Shown here piece after piece: positions 35,911 through 47,400 of a stretch of 64,000 nt of DNA. This DNA is from a virus, in the IMG/VR virus record IMGVR_UViG_3300026097_000008, positions 90,977 through 154,976 of that record; one strand, written 5' to 3'. Position 1 is the stretch's first letter. Each line of letters begins with the position of its first letter. The notes under the pieces are model-generated. The model did no database searches. It saw nothing but the letters and a program-made list of their open reading frames with translations, and was not told the DNA's origin. The position numbers and the translations under genes are program-made.

Positions 35911-37509
35911 ATGACATCACCTAATGAAGAAAAACGCACCAAAAGCGGAACCGCAGGACCATTAGATGGCCCAGGTCCTTATCTTGCAAAAGTTAAAAGT
36001 CATTTAGACGGAGAGTACATGGGCAGACTCGAAGTAGAGTTGCTTAAACATAATACAGAAGGCAACTCAACGGAAACAACAGGTCAATTAGTCACAGTTC
36101 AATACCTTAGTCCGTTTTATGGCATAACCCCGTATAAAGGTGTAAGTGAAAATGAAGGCGGACAGTATTCACAGAGTAGTTATGGGTTTTGGGCTGTACC
36201 GCCTGATATTGATACTACTGTGCTAGTAATTTTTGCAGAAGGTAATAGAGGTCAAGGATTTTGGATAGGCTGTGTACAAGACCAATATATGAATTTTATG
36301 ACTCCGGGTCGCGCCAGCACAGGATATAACGAGGAAGAATCTGGACAATTAAGGCCTACAACAGAATACAATAAACGGACAGAAGATGGCGCAGGAAATA
36401 ATCCAACACAATTTATAAAACCGTGTGATCAAGATGCATGTGATATGCTTAATAGATCAGGATTAATGTCAGATGCAATAAGAGGACATACTAGTTCTAG
36501 TGCAAGACGAGAAGTGCCTAGTATGGTATTTGGTTTAAGTACTCCGGGACCAGCAGATTGGAGAGATGGCTCTCCTAGAGTTGCATATGGAGAAGAGTTT
36601 GGACAAAGTCAAGTTCCATTTAATAGATTAGGTGGAAGTACATTTGTTATGGACGACGGCGATCCTAGTATGTATAGAACTAGTCCGCCAGGAGAAGGAC
36701 CAAGTGCATATGCATCTATAAGCGCCGGCGGATTACCAGAATATCCTGCCAATGAATTGGTACGTATTAGGACACGCACAGGACATCAAATACTTCTACA
36801 TAATTCGGAAGACTTAATTTACATTCAGCATGCAAATGGTTCGTATATAGAATTTACTTCAAATGGGAAAATCGATGTTTACGCTAAAGACAGTGTTAGT
36901 GTACACTCTAATAACGATATAAACTTAAAAGCAGATCGTAATGTTAACATAGAAGCAGGTAGTGCTATCAATATAAAATCAGGAACAAATACAAATATTG
37001 AAACAGGTTCAGAGTTTAATTTAAAAGTTGGCGCAGACGGAAAAATTACAACCGCAGGAACAACAAATTTTACCGCAGATGGATTTTATGTCACTTCTGA
37101 TCCGATACACCTTAATGGACCCGCCGCGGCAGACGCAGCAGCAGCACCGTCTCCTACTAGAGTGCCAGCAGGCGGAGGATGGACAGGTAGTGAAAATAGA
37201 AATCCTGCCGCACATACTCCTGAAAAAACTGAAAATGCTGAAGGCACTAGTGCTCCGCAACCAAACGCTGACGGAACAACAGCTGAACAAGCTCCAGCAG
37301 ACGCAGGAGAACAACCGCCAACTGATACATTTGAACAATGTCAGCCAATGGAGAGCACAAATGGCGATGCACCTCAAACTGATTCAGAGCTAGATGCTGA
37401 TAGTGCAGACAATAGTACAGTAACACAAGATCCTGAAAGGGCTCAGGTTGTTAATCCTGATGAAACAGATGATGCAAGAGCAGCAAGGACAAGTGGCGGA
37501 GCAGGGTAA
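35911..37509 (+). CDS. gp5: Baseplate central spike (gp5/VgrG-like), no lysozyme domain
   Basis: OB-fold 'D.EYMGRLEV...SYGFWAVPPDIDTTVLVIF..G...GFWIG', then 'RTRTGHQILL' and beta-helix repeats ending 'IHLNGP'. Confidence 0.8.
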   Translation: MTSPNEEKRTKSGTAGPLDGPGPYLAKVKSHLDGEYMGRLEVELLKHNTEGNSTETTGQLVTVQYLSPFYGITPYKGVSENEGGQYSQSSYGFWAVPPDIDTTVLVIFAEGNRGQGFWIGCVQDQYMNFMTPGRASTGYNEEESGQLRPTTEYNKRTEDGAGNNPTQFIKPCDQDACDMLNRSGLMSDAIRGHTSSSARREVPSMVFGLSTPGPADWRDGSPRVAYGEEFGQSQVPFNRLGGSTFVMDDGDPSMYRTSPPGEGPSAYASISAGGLPEYPANELVRIRTRTGHQILLHNSEDLIYIQHANGSYIEFTSNGKIDVYAKDSVSVHSNNDINLKADRNVNIEAGSAINIKSGTNTNIETGSEFNLKVGADGKITTAGTTNFTADGFYVTSDPIHLNGPAAADAAAAPSPTRVPAGGGWTGSENRNPAAHTPEKTENAEGTSAPQPNADGTTAEQAPADAGEQPPTDTFEQCQPMESTNGDAPQTDSELDADSADNSTVTQDPERAQVVNPDETDDARAARTSGGAG

Positions 37510-37511
37510 GG

Positions 37512-37517
37512 TAAATA
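37512..37517 (+). promoter_or_regulatory. gp55-type late promoter (gTAAATA)
   Basis: TAAATA 4 nt before the gp25 ATG; would give a near-leaderless mRNA if used. Confidence 0.5.
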
Positions 37518-37521
37518 CGTT

Positions 37522-37971
37522 ATGAGCAGTTTAGAAAAGAAACTTTATAAAGAAATTACAGTAAGACCTAATGTTAGACCTGATTACGGTGTAGGTTCAA
37601 AAACCTATAGAGGGTTTTCTACTGTAAGTCCTGAAGCTACTAGTTTTGTTCTCTATGATATGGAACTAATAAAACAAGACATTATAAATCACTTTCATAT
37701 TCGTCAAGGAGAATTACTTAGTAATCCAGAGTTTGGAACTATAATATGGGACGTAATTTTTGAACCTTTGACAGACCAATTAAAAAATGCTATTGTAGAA
37801 AATGTCACAGAAATTATTAACAGTGATCCTAGAGTCAGTGTAGATAGTGTTATTGTTGATCAGTACGAAAGTGGAATACTAATAGATGCTTCGCTTGTTT
37901 ATCTAACTTATAATATAGCTGAAAATATGCGCCTTACTTTTGATGAAAACAACGGGTTTGTATCCGAATAA
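37522..37971 (+). CDS. gp25: Baseplate wedge subunit gp25
   Basis: 'LIKQDIINHFHIRQGE...PEFGTIIWDVIFEP...DPRV'. Confidence 0.9.
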   Translation: MSSLEKKLYKEITVRPNVRPDYGVGSKTYRGFSTVSPEATSFVLYDMELIKQDIINHFHIRQGELLSNPEFGTIIWDVIFEPLTDQLKNAIVENVTEIINSDPRVSVDSVIVDQYESGILIDASLVYLTYNIAENMRLTFDENNGFVSE

Positions 37972-37997
37972 TTAAGTACGCAGTTTTCTAAATTCAA

Positions 37998-38003
37998 TAA
38001 ATA
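37998..38003 (+). promoter_or_regulatory. gp55-type late promoter (aATAAATA)
   Basis: Intergenic, upstream of the gp6 RBS AAGGA. Confidence 0.65.
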
Positions 38004-38027
38004 CTGTGTATAAAAAAGGAAGCAAAT

Positions 38028-41000
38028 ATGTCATCAACAGATAGACAAAACAGACTGTTAGTAGCTGAGGACTGGAAACGCATTTACCAAAGCTATAGAA
38101 ATGCAGATTTTAAATCATATGATTTCGACAATCTACGTCGAACAATGATTAACTATCTACGTCAAAACTATCCAGAAGATTTTAATGATTATATTGAAAG
38201 TTCGGAATACCTTGCACTGATTGACCTTATTGCTTTCTTAGGTCAAAACTTTGCTTTCCGTAATGATCTCAATGCTCGAGAAAACTTTCTCGAACTAGCA
38301 GAACGTAGGGAAAGCGTATTACGACTAGCACGTTTGCTTTCGTATAATCCTAAACGTAATCAAGCTGCCAACGGTTTACTTAAAATAGAAAGTGTTCAAA
38401 CTTCAGAGGAAGTTAGAGATAGCAATAATGTTAATCTTTCTAATCAAACAATTATTTGGAATGATCCTAGTAATTCAAATTGGTACGAGCAATTTATAAA
38501 AGTAATGAATGCTGCACTTCCTGTGAATAATACATTTGGTAGACCGATTAAATCTGAATCAGTAAATGGCATTCCAACACAACAATATAGATTTAATAGC
38601 ACTAATGCAGATACTCCAGTATATGGATTCAATAAAACAATTGACGGTACCACTGCAAGATTCGAAATTGTAAGCACAGATATTAATGCAGCTACTATTC
38701 AAGAAGAAGCTCCCTTTCCTGGTAATAATTTTGCTTTTCTTTATCGAGATGACGGTCGAGGATTTGCAAGTTCTAATAGCGGATTCTTCTGTCATTTCCG
38801 ACAAGGTACACTAGATCAAGGCACATTTAATGTAGCTGCTCCTAGTAATAATCAAGTAGTTGCAATTGATGCAGTAAATGTTAATAACACAGATGTTTGG
38901 CTGTACAAACTAAACAACTTTGGAGCAGAAGAAGAACTTTGGACAAAGGTAGATGCTGTAGAAGGTAATAACGTTATCTACAATAGTTTAAGCAAAGACA
39001 TCAGAAATATATACAGCATATTGACAAGAGCAAACGATCGAGTAAGTCTAATTTTCGCAGATGGTACATTTGGTAATTTGCCCCAAGGTCAGTTTAGAAT
39101 ATACTATAGAACAAGTAAAAATCAAAGACTTGTTATTGATCCAAGCGACATGCGCGGTGTTAGCATTCGTGTTCCGTACTTGTCTAAAACAGGCAAACAA
39201 GAAAGTCTTACTATTGTATTTTCTTTAAAGTATTCAGTAGATAATAGTTCAACAAGTGAAACAAATGCAAGCATAAAAGCGAATGCTCCTGCAACATACT
39301 ATACACAAAATCGTATGGTCACAGCCGAAGATTATCAGATTGGCCCACTAGCAGTTAGCCAAGAAATTGTAAAAGCAAAAAGTGTTAATCGTCTCGCTAG
39401 TGGAATAAGCAGATATTTTGATTTAAAAGATGCTACAGGAAAATACAGCCAAACAAACTTATTTGGTAAAGATGGTGTAATTTATAAAGAATTTTTAACG
39501 CCTAAACAAACATTTAGTTTTACAACTAGAACTGACGTAGAAGGTGCTATTGTGAATGTTGTAGAACCTATACTTGCAGACAGGAAGGTAAAAAACTTTT
39601 ACCTAAACAGTTTTCCAAAGACACTAGTAGGTGATTTAAACGTATTATGGAATAGTTTAACTACTGATACCAATCAAAGCACAGGATTTTTTACCAATGC
39701 TAGTGGACTTAGAGCCGAGTTAGGAACGTTTACTGCAAGTACATTGAAATTAATTAAGGCAGGATCTCTTATAAAGTTTGAATCACCCACCGGAAGTTAT
39801 TTTGACACAAAAGATAATAATAAATTAAAAACTATTCCTCAGACAGGTATTATACCACCAGGAGGAAAAACTTATCTATGGACAAAAGTAATTAATGTAG
39901 TTTCTGCAGGTACAGAAATACAATCAGACGGCACAGGACCTGTTATTTTTAATGATATCATTCCTACTAACTCGTTGTTAGTGCAAATTGTGCCAAGGAT
40001 AGCTACAACATTACAGAGTCAAGTCAAGACACAAATTATTGACCAGACTTTCGCATATAGAACATTTGCACTCCGGTTTGACACCAATATCGGAGAGTGG
40101 AGACTTATAACAAATAATAATTTAAATGTCAATTCAGATTTTAGTATAGGTAAAACAGGAGACAATACTAATCAGCAGCTAGATGCAAGTTGGCTATTAC
40201 TATTTGAAACCGACGGCGACAAGTATACAATTACCTATAGAGGTAGTCGGTATGTGTTTGAGAGTGAAGACGAAATCAGATTTTATTATGACAGCTCAGA
40301 TAAGATTTATAACAGCTCTACTGGAGAAGTTATTAAAGACAGAATTTCAATACTAGAAATAAATCCAGAACCTGATAGCACACAATCATTTACTACTGAT
40401 TTTGATTGGGAAGTAGTAGAAGAGTACAGAGATGCTGAAGGTTATGTAAACAGCAAAAAAATACAAGTTAGTTTTTTTGATTCAGATGACGACGGAGTAG
40501 TAGACGATCCTGATGTATTTGATGTAGTGGTAGATGAAGAAACTAATGCTATATCAAAGTATGTGTTCTTACAAAAGAATATAACAAGCGACGGAGTAGA
40601 AGATTTCAACTACATTGCTCAAACTTCGCTAGATGTAATTGTACTTTCAAGCAAAGGCAATATAGGGTCTTTAAGCCAATACGACGACGGACAGCTTTTT
40701 TATTACATTAACGAGGATATCTTTGAAACTCTTAACAAATCTGCAGGCACTTTAAATATTACTCAAGAATATAAAGCAAGAATAGGTAGAGACAATGTTA
40801 AGTTTCAATATGTTCATGCTGCTGATGCTAATACAAGAATTGACCCTAGTGTTAGTAATATCATAGATACATATTTGCTTACTAGAAGTTATGATACTAG
40901 TTTTAGACAGTATCTAGAAGGAACAACAGCAACTTTACCGCTACCTCCTAGTTCGGATCAATTATACTTAAACTACGGTGAAAGTATAAACAGAATTAAA

Positions 41001-41465
41001 TCACTTAGCGACGAAGTAATATACCATCCGGTTAAGTATAAGATACTATTTGGAGATAAGGCTGATACTGATTTGCAAGCCAAATTTAAAATTGTTAAGA
41101 ATCCAGATGCTGTATTAAACGACAATGATGTAAAGTCAAGAGTGATTGCAGCAATTAATCAATTTTTCGCATTGGAAAATTGGGAGTTCGGCGAAACATT
41201 TTATTTCTCTGAACTTAGCACGTATGTAATGCAACAGCTTGCACCTGACTTAGTGACTTTTGTTGTTGTTCCTAATCAAACAACACAGAGTTTTGGTAGT
41301 TTATTTGAAATAAAATCAGAAAGTGACGAAATTTTTATAAGTGGTGCAACAGTTGATGATGTAGATATTATTGATGCTGTCACAGCAAGTAGGTTAAAGG
41401 CAACAGGAAATGTAGTTTCATCTACAAATAATTTGAATGTTGGAATTCAGAGTAGTTCTAATTAA
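38028..41465 (+). CDS. gp6: Baseplate wedge subunit gp6-like
   Basis: 'DFDNLR..MINYL....DFNDY.ESS...LID..A', 'A.RRESV..LA..L.YNP', 'FADGTFG', 'QNRMVTAEDY'. Confidence 0.88.
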   Translation: MSSTDRQNRLLVAEDWKRIYQSYRNADFKSYDFDNLRRTMINYLRQNYPEDFNDYIESSEYLALIDLIAFLGQNFAFRNDLNARENFLELAERRESVLRLARLLSYNPKRNQAANGLLKIESVQTSEEVRDSNNVNLSNQTIIWNDPSNSNWYEQFIKVMNAALPVNNTFGRPIKSESVNGIPTQQYRFNSTNADTPVYGFNKTIDGTTARFEIVSTDINAATIQEEAPFPGNNFAFLYRDDGRGFASSNSGFFCHFRQGTLDQGTFNVAAPSNNQVVAIDAVNVNNTDVWLYKLNNFGAEEELWTKVDAVEGNNVIYNSLSKDIRNIYSILTRANDRVSLIFADGTFGNLPQGQFRIYYRTSKNQRLVIDPSDMRGVSIRVPYLSKTGKQESLTIVFSLKYSVDNSSTSETNASIKANAPATYYTQNRMVTAEDYQIGPLAVSQEIVKAKSVNRLASGISRYFDLKDATGKYSQTNLFGKDGVIYKEFLTPKQTFSFTTRTDVEGAIVNVVEPILADRKVKNFYLNSFPKTLVGDLNVLWNSLTTDTNQSTGFFTNASGLRAELGTFTASTLKLIKAGSLIKFESPTGSYFDTKDNNKLKTIPQTGIIPPGGKTYLWTKVINVVSAGTEIQSDGTGPVIFNDIIPTNSLLVQIVPRIATTLQSQVKTQIIDQTFAYRTFALRFDTNIGEWRLITNNNLNVNSDFSIGKTGDNTNQQLDASWLLLFETDGDKYTITYRGSRYVFESEDEIRFYYDSSDKIYNSSTGEVIKDRISILEINPEPDSTQSFTTDFDWEVVEEYRDAEGYVNSKKIQVSFFDSDDDGVVDDPDVFDVVVDEETNAISKYVFLQKNITSDGVEDFNYIAQTSLDVIVLSSKGNIGSLSQYDDGQLFYYINEDIFETLNKSAGTLNITQEYKARIGRDNVKFQYVHAADANTRIDPSVSNIIDTYLLTRSYDTSFRQYLEGTTATLPLPPSSDQLYLNYGESINRIKSLSDEVIYHPVKYKILFGDKADTDLQAKFKIVKNPDAVLNDNDVKSRVIAAINQFFALENWEFGETFYFSELSTYVMQQLAPDLVTFVVVPNQTTQSFGSLFEIKSESDEIFISGATVDDVDIIDAVTASRLKATGNVVSSTNNLNVGIQSSSN

Positions 41466-41478
41466 AGGATATTAAAGT

Positions 41479-44400
41479 ATGGCATACGAAAACGATCAAA
41501 ACGAATCAGCACTTCCAGCAGGTCCTGGTGGTAATAGAAAGAGAAAAAGTTCTGATCATCTACCTCGTTATTTTAGAACACAGGCTAATACTAAGTTTTT
41601 ATCTAGTACACTTGACCAACTTATTCAACCAGGCGTAGTAGAACAAATTAACGGCTTTGTTGGAAGAAAAAGTGCAAAGGCGTTTACTCAAAATGACAAT
41701 TATGTAGCTGATGTAAGTAAGTCTAGAGAAGACTATCAATTTGAGCCTGCTGCTGTCATTAAAGATGATTTAGGTAATGTAAAATTTTATAAAGATTATA
41801 ACGATTATGTAAATCAATTAGGAAGTTTTAATAAAGGTATAAACGACCATAGTATTCTAAATAGGCAAGAGTATTATGCTTGGGAACCGCATATTGATTG
41901 GGATAAGTTTAGTAATTTCCGTGAATATTATTGGCTGCCTAATGGACCACAAAGTGTTCCTATAGCGGGAAATACTATAGATGTAGAAAGCAATATCAAA
42001 GTCACTGTAGGTGACAATGTAGACAATAATACATTCTTATTTTCTAATGCAGGCACAACCAATAATCCTACCATTACTCTTTATAGAGGACAAACTTATA
42101 GATTTGAAGTTGATACACCAAATCTTCCATTTACTATTAAGACTCAAAGAACACTTGAAGATGATTTTAACTTGGATTCTAGTAGTATTCTTGTACTTGA
42201 AGGTGTAAGTTTACAAAATTTAGAAAGCGGAACAACTACAATTCAACTAGGACCAGATGTTCCTGACATCATTTACTATGTTGCTGCTAACGATATCAAT
42301 GCCGCAGGCACTATTATTGTAAAAGATATTGAAGAAGCAACTTTTATAGACGTTGAAAACGAAATATTAGGCAAGCGTTATTACAAAACTTCTAACGGGT
42401 TTGATCTTTCAAATGGCATGAAGGTGTATTTTACAGGGGATGTTGAACCTGCTTCTTATTCAACAGGTGCATATTATGTAGAAGGCGTTGGTAATAGTAT
42501 AAAACTAGTATCAGAAACTAGTCTAAACGTACCTAGTGCATTTACGAGTGATATTGTTCTTGAATTTGATGACGAACAAGAAGGATTTGATACAGTTCCA
42601 TTTAGTAGTGCAATTGGTTATGCAGGTACTAAAGATTATTTTGTAGTGAATAGAGCATCACAAGATGGAAATCTTTGGAGTAGATATAATCGCTGGTTCC
42701 ATAGAAGTGTAATTGAGCAAAGTGCAGCAATTAACAATCAACCAGTTGAGGTTGATCAATCTCTACGAGCTAAAAGACCGATTATTGAATTTAATGCAGG
42801 ATTAAAACTTGCAAATTTTGGTACACTTGCAAAAACTGATGTTGATCTTGTAGACGACTTTACAACAGATGTATTTTCTGTTATTGAAGGTAGTCCGGGA
42901 TATAATATTGACGGTATTGATATTGTAAACGGAATGAGAATTCTTTTTACAGCTGATACTGATATTCTTGTAAAAGGTAGAATCTTTGAAGTTGAATTTA
43001 TTAATTTTGCAAGCGGAGGAGCATCTAACAGACAAGTTCACTTGAAAGAAGTTAGTGACACACAGCCTTTAGATAATGAAGTTGTGCTTGTAAAAAACGG
43101 CACAACTTACAAAGGAAAATTGTTTTATTTTCAAAATGACGCCTGGAAATTAACACAAGATAAAACAAATGTAAACCAAGCTCCTCTCTTTGACGTTTTT
43201 GATGCAGACGGAAATAGTTATGCAGATACAACAGCATATTCTGCTTCAAACTTTTTAGGAACCAAAGTTTTTAGTTATCAAGAAGGCACAGGTTCAATAG
43301 ATGACGAATTAGGAATTTCTTTAAATTACAGAAACATTGCGAATGTAGGCGATATACTTTTTGATTTTAATCTTCTTAATGATAGTTTTACCTACACTAT
43401 TGACAATGCAATTTTTAGTAAGAATACAGACATAGGATTTTTAAGATCTTATACTGATAGAACTTCTTTTACTACACTTAACGGCTGGACAGAAGCTGAC
43501 ACTGATAGTGATCAACCTGTAATTAGACAGTATGTATTTGATAATACTAGTGTAGGATTTGAAATCGATGTATACGATAATAGTGCAAGTCTTACAGACT
43601 TGTGGATAAGAGTTTATCTAAATAATGATCTTAAATTTGAAGGCACGGATTATACAATTAATACAAATGTACAAGGAAATAGTGTTATTAATTTTAATAA
43701 CTCCCTAACAATTGGTGATGTAGTTGTAATTAAAACTAAATCTAGCACAATAAAAAATGATAATGGCCTTTACGAAGTTCCAATCAATCTAGAACGCAAT
43801 CCGTTAAATGAAAATTTAACTGAATTTACACTAGGTGAAGTTAATGATCATGTTAGTACTATTATAGAGGGTACAGGAGAATTTGCTGGCACTTATCCTG
43901 GTACAAGCAACTTAAGAGATCTAGGATCTGTATCAAAATTCGGACGCAGATTTGTACAGCATAGTGCTCCTCTAAATCTAAGTTTATATCATTTGCTCGA
44001 TAAAGAAAGCAATATAGTTAAAGCAATTAGTTTCGCTAGAAACGAGTATGCTAAATTTAAGAGACAGTTTTTACTTACTATAGATGAACTAGGATATGAT
44101 GGACCTGTCAAAGGTCACGTAGACAAAGTATTGTCAGAGATCAACAGAGCAAAAACTGAAAGTATGCCGTTTTACTTTTCAGACATGGTTCCAACGGGTG
44201 CTACAAAAAAGAATACATATATTGTAGAAGATGTGAATTTTACATTCTTTGGTCTGACCAGGACTTTCTTGCTTACTGAGCAATCTCGACGAGCTGTTGA
44301 GGTATATCAAAACGGAGTTCAACTAGTATACGGAAAAGATTATACTTTTAACACTGATGGATTCTGTGTAATCACAGCAACCAAACAGCTAGACGATGTA

Positions 44401-47400
44401 ATTGAAATTTACGAATACGAAAGTACAAACGGAAGCTTTGTGCCTCCTACCCCTACAAAATTAGGATTATATCCCAAATACGAACCTAGTGTGTATGTAG
44501 ACAACACATATCAAACACCTACAAAAGTAATACAAGGTCACGACGGAAGTATTATCGTAGCATACGATGATTTTAGAGATGACTTAATTCTTGAACTTGA
44601 AAAAAGAATATACAACAATCTAAAAGTTGAATACGATGTATCCTTGTTTGATATTCACGACATAAAAGGCGGCGAGTATAGAAACACTGGTGTTGATAGA
44701 ACGGATTTGAACCGTGCAATGCTAGGAGATTTTATTGAATGGAGTAATCTTGTTGAATCAGATTACACACTTCATGATTTTTTTGAAAGAACTAACAGAT
44801 TTACTTTCAATCATAAAAACCTACAATCACCTAGTGGCAAAACTGTACCAGGATTTTGGAGACAGATTTACAAAGAAGCATATGATACTGACCGCCCTCA
44901 CACACATCCTTGGGAGATGCTAGGGTTTACCATTCAACCTACATGGTGGGAAGAAGTATATGGCCCTGCACCATACACAAAGGATAACCTTATCCTATGG
45001 CAAGACCTTGAAGGAGGTATTGTAAGAGAACCTAACAAGAAACTAGTCTTTAAAACAAAATATAAAAGAAGTGGACTAACTAGTTATATACCAGTTGATG
45101 AGCAAGGTAATTTGTTGCCTCCTGTGGATAGCGGTTATATTAGAAATTATACGGCCCAAGAAATAGACGACAGCTTTGTATTCGGTGACGGTGCACCTGT
45201 AGAAACAGCTTGGCGCAGAAGTTCGGAATATCCATTTAGTTTACTAAAATCATTTGTTATAAATCAGCCTAGCAAAACGTTCGCAACCGCATTTGATAGA
45301 ATTAGGCAGACTAGAAATGCTACAGGACAAATTGTTTATTCAAGTACAAACAAGCGATTAAGACTTAGTGATATTGTATTTCCTAATACATCCGAAGATA
45401 CTACGCAAGTATATACAGCTGGACTTGTAAATTATGTTTCCGCATATATGGCAGCTGATGTTTTAAGATCTTATACAGAGTACAAAGAAAACATCAATAA
45501 TTTGAGAAATCAAATTGGTTTCAAGATCGGCGGATTTACTGATAAAGAAAAATTTAGATTAATTTTAGACAGCAGAACGCCGTTAAATGAAGGCAACGTA
45601 TTTGTTCCAGATGAAAACTATCAAATTTTCTTAAACACTAGTTCTCCTATCGAAACTATATCATATAGTGGCGTCATTGTAGAACGCAGAGAAGACGGTT
45701 ATGTTATTAAAGGATACGATCGTCAAAATACATCATTCAAATATCACAGGGCTGTCCAAACTCAAAATGATCCTAGTATCAACATAGGAGGCATTAGCGA
45801 ACCTTTCTTGATTTGGACAGCAGGAAAACAGTATGTACCTGGAACCAATGTAGAATTTGAAGGATCATACTATAGAGTTAAAACAGCACACACTAGTGAA
45901 AATGATTTTGATTCTAGTTTCTTTGCAAAGCTTCCCAATTTACCTTTGATAGGTGGCAGAGACGCAGTTATAAGAAAGAGCTTTCTTGCAGATTTTGAAG
46001 AAGAATTACTGTATGGTACTTTATTACCAGAAGTTCAAGATGTAGTAGATTTTTTATTAGGTTATGGAAGTTGGTTAGAATCCAAAGGATTTGTATTTGA
46101 TTACTTTGACGGAGATTCTGCGGCAGTATTGAACTGGAGACACAGCGTAAACGAATTTCTATTTTGGACTACACAAAACTGGAGTGCTGGGAGTGTAATT
46201 GCACTTAGTCCGGCTGCAAGTAGACTAAAACTACAAACAGATTATTCAACAGTTGATAATGTTTTTGACAGTTTTTACGGTTATACACTTTTAAAGTCAG
46301 ATGGTAATAAACTAGTAGAAGAATTTAGCAGTCTAGGTAGAGAACCAAACGAATTTATACTACAACCTAAGAACACCGAAGATGGAATATTTTCTGTTAG
46401 GTTGCCTCTTATACAAAAAGAACATGTATGTCTTATAGACAACAGGACAGTATTTGGTGATGTAATATATGATCTACAACCAGGATATAGGCAAGAGCGT
46501 ATCAAAGTATTAGGTTATAGAACAGATGGCTGGGACGGAAGTTTAAATATTCCAGGCTTTATCTATGATAATGCTACTGTAGAAGAGTGGGAATCTTGGA
46601 AAGATTACGCCATTGGCGATGTTGTAAAATATAAAGAATTTTATTATAGTGCTGCTGTAAAAATTTCTGGAGAAGAAAACTTTACAGCATCTAAATGGAA
46701 TAGACTTGCTGAAAAACCAGAGGCAGGATTGTATGCAAACTTTGAATACAAAACTAATCAGTTTGGAGATTTTTACGATTTAGACAGTGACAATTTTGAC
46801 ACAGAACAACAGAGATTGGCACAACACCTTATTGGCTATCAAAAACGCGACTATTTAGAAAACATTATTAACGATAGTGTAAGCCAGTATAAATTCTACC
46901 AAGGCATGATTGCAGACAAGGGTACTGAAAATGCTCTTACTAAATTGTTTGACGCACTTGCAAGTGACGACAAAGACAGTTTAGAATTTTACGAAGAATG
47001 GGCAATTAAAGACGGTCAGTATGGAGCTTCGGATGGATTTGAAGAAGTAGAATTCAAACTTGACGAATCTAAATTTAGATTGACTCCGCAGCCTATAGAG
47101 TTAGTAAATCAAGTCACCGGACAGGAAACAGACCTAGTTTATAGGATACAGCCTTTTGAAACGTATGTCAAGAGCACAGATTATGATCATACTAATGCTT
47201 TTCCTAGTAAGAAAATCCTAGACACATATATTAACAATGCTGGCTATGTCAATCAACAAGATGTATTAGGTATAGCATCCTCCTACACTGATATCACTAG
47301 CTTCTTCTACAATCAAGTAAGACAAGGTGCTTATATCTGGGTAGGCAACGATAACAGATCTTGGAATGTTTATAAACATGTAGGAACGCCATATATAATT

